Of a stretch of DNA of 64,000 nt, positions 61,836 to 64,000 are shown piece by piece. The position numbers were made by a program, and so were the translations under genes. Every line of letters begins with the position of its first letter. Position 1 is the first letter of the stretch. Below the pieces are notes generated by a model, which was given only the letters and a program-made list of their open reading frames with translations, had not been told where the DNA came from and did not search any database. The DNA comes from Lophium mytilinum (lineage: Eukaryota): contig MU004188.1 of NCBI GenBank assembly GCA_010093605.1, forward strand, positions 747,673 through 811,672. Reading direction: 5' to 3'.

Positions 61836-62153
61836 CGGAAAAGGAAAGACTTGTTGACAACAGCAACGAGAAGTAGTTACAGAGAATAGGTATCACCGCT
61901 AGCAACACATGAAATGCAATTGATAGTTTTGAAACGATGAGGGACGTCTGAAGCTCTCCAAGCAGCTCTACGAGGTTAAAACCGAAAAACGTCCGAGCGC
62001 CCCTTGCATCTCGACATTTTCTCGAGCGACCTCATCGTCACGCCGATTACGAAACCCTTAGGACGCGCCGACCACAGCTCGTAAGTAGCCTATGGTACCT
62101 CTGGTAGTTTGAGTACTGATCTGAGTTCGAGTAGGCTCTATCTATCGCCCCCA

Positions 62154-63227
62154 ATGCCTCCTCGGATACGGCTCCAGACGCGACAGCTCAAAGTCCGCAT
62201 ATACCATCACCAGATACCCTCACAGCCCTGCTTCTATGCATCTCTAGCGACGGCTACTACACCCGCGCCTCCAATCGAGCAGACTATCCACTCTGTGTCG
62301 CCCATCGCCCGCTTCCCCCCCACACAACCCCCTTCACACAAACCCCCAGAAGTCCGGAAGTCCCAGCTTCACCGAGAATACCAATCTCTCCTCAAGTCCT
62401 CGCCCTTAGTCCTCATCTTCCAACACAACAACCTCCGAGCGGTAGAGTGGATGGGCATACGGCGCGAGTTGGCTATTGCCCTCCGCAAAGTTGACGCGGA
62501 GCTCGCCGCGACCGGACACAAGGACCTCTACGCCGACGCTATCAAGATCCAGATCATACAGACAGGCATTTTCGCATCCGCGCTGCGAGTCGTAGAGTTT
62601 TACAATCCGGAGTCGACCGAGCTGCCAACACAGCATCCCTCCAACCCTGCCACAGCAACGTCGGCGCAGATTCCAAATGTCAAGCCCACGCCTGAGGACC
62701 CAAGGCTTGCACATGGCCTCTCGCGACAGGCGCACGAGGCGGCTTCGGACAGGAAAAAGAAGCTAGACTTGGCACCCTTGCTGTCTGGACCAGTCGCGGT
62801 TGTGTCGTTCCCTGCAGTCTCGCCGCAGCACCTCAAAGCGGCCCTCTCCATCCTTTCCCCGAGTGCCCCTAATTTCCCGGCGCCGAAGCGGAAAGCGAAT
62901 CCCAGCTACCATGAGCCCGCGGTCCAAAACGGTATCCAGAAGCTTATGATGCTGGGGGCGCGCGTTGATGGTAAGGCGTTTGATCAGGAGGGAACAAAAT
63001 GGGTAGGTGGCATTTCTGGAGGCTTAGATGGCCTCAGAGGTCAACTGGTTGGCATGTTGCAGAATGTGGGTGCCGGCGTTACGAACGCGCTCGAGGGGGC
63101 TAGTCAGAGTGTATATTTTACTATGGAGGGAAGGAAATACATGATGGAGGAGGCAGAGAAGGGCCCAGAGGAGAAGAAGGGAGGGGAAGAGGCGAAGCCG
63201 GAGGGGGAAGAGGCGAAGCCGGAGTAG
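62154..63227 (+). CDS. Mitochondrial large-subunit ribosomal protein uL10m (MRPL11-like)
   Basis: MPPRIR presequence, PPTQPPSHKPPEVRKSQL..FQHNNL..EW..RREL, and LGARVDGKAFD..LRGQLVGML, typical of fungal uL10m. Confidence 0.75.
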   Translation: MPPRIRLQTRQLKVRIYHHQIPSQPCFYASLATATTPAPPIEQTIHSVSPIARFPPTQPPSHKPPEVRKSQLHREYQSLLKSSPLVLIFQHNNLRAVEWMGIRRELAIALRKVDAELAATGHKDLYADAIKIQIIQTGIFASALRVVEFYNPESTELPTQHPSNPATATSAQIPNVKPTPEDPRLAHGLSRQAHEAASDRKKKLDLAPLLSGPVAVVSFPAVSPQHLKAALSILSPSAPNFPAPKRKANPSYHEPAVQNGIQKLMMLGARVDGKAFDQEGTKWVGGISGGLDGLRGQLVGMLQNVGAGVTNALEGASQSVYFTMEGRKYMMEEAEKGPEEKKGGEEAKPEGEEAKPE

Positions 63228-63460
63228 ATGTATATTATGGCAAGACTTGTATATCAAAATGTACGTAGCACGAACGTGCAATCAGTTGGATGGGATCACG
63301 ATACAGCTCGAGGATCAACGATTATGATATACAAAATGTCCAAAGTCCTACGCCAACACGCTTTGATAATTAGGATAGGTACAGACATAACCTTTCACAC
63401 GCCTATACGCAAATAAAGCCTACTCCGCACACACATGTTTTGCTGTAGGGATGGTGAACT

Positions 63461-64000
63461 TCAGCCTGCCGAGTTTCGTGTTGATCGTCGCTTGCCAGGA
63501 GTCTCTTCTTTGATCTTCGTCGATGTATCACCTTTGGTAGTTTTCCTCGCAGTGCCATTCGTAGCTAGCTTTTGCTTCTTTTTCGGCTTCACTTCATCCT
63601 CCTCCTCGTCAGAGAGTTCACTGTCTGGCTCTGGCTGTTTTGTCTTTCTTCCTCTCTTCGCAGCTGGTGATTTCGGCGACGCTTCATCATCAACAGCTTT
63701 GCCACGCCCCTTGGCCTTCTTTGATTTCTTCTCTTCCACACCATCTTCGTCGTCATCGCCTTCACCTTTGATGCCAGCTGACACGGGTCCGGTCTTTTTC
63801 TGGACGCTTGGGATGACTGCAGAAGTGCGTCCGCCAACCTTGAGGAAGATTATCTTCTCTCCGTTTGGAAGCCGATCTCCTCCTTCTTTACCCTTGTTCC
63901 AACGGTGGCGCATCAACCCTAAGTAGCTGTTAATGAACATCCGACAGCATTAAGCTGAGATATGCTTACAATTCTCGGGAAACTTCGAAGACTCCGCTAG
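63461..64000 (-). CDS. 3' portion of formamidopyrimidine-DNA glycosylase (Fpg/Nei family), truncated by window edge
   Basis: Spliced SKFPEN|WLMRHRWNKGK..LPNGEKIIFLKVGGRTSAVIPSVQK, the zincless-finger C-terminal motif of fungal/plant Fpg, followed by a Lys-rich tail. Confidence 0.85.

Overview
Gene-dense window from a filamentous ascomycete (Pezizomycotina; possibly a Dothideomycete, which is inference). The eukaryotic origin is shown by many short GT-AG introns with CTRAC branch sites. About 23 protein-coding genes can be supported. Conserved genes include a DHA2-type MFS efflux pump, the Cch1 calcium channel, an arrestin-fold protein, Dpb4, a SUZ-domain protein, Vps26, gluconokinase, BCKDH E2, Vps25, Rtt107/Brc1, an alpha/beta hydrolase, mitochondrial ProRS, mitochondrial uL10m and the 3' end of an Fpg/Nei glycosylase. 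Three accessory-looking stretches lie between them. (1) 6.4-12 kb: a 619-bp non-autonomous Mutator-like element with long TIRs and a 9-bp TSD, a hairpin-bearing degenerate repeat array, a possible Tc1/mariner relic and orphan ORFs. (2) 23-29 kb: tandem F-box-like paralogues, a ~192-bp repeat array and an orphan gene bracketed by an inverted recurrent motif. (3) 36-44 kb: a ~1060-aa secreted Pro/Leu/Gly-repeat precursor with Kex2/Ste13-type sites, followed by a long hairpin and a minisatellite. A tRNA-like, non-cloverleaf Pol III unit (A box, B box, T5) sits at ~57.4 kb. Gene calls come from motif recognition and manual splicing, not database searches.
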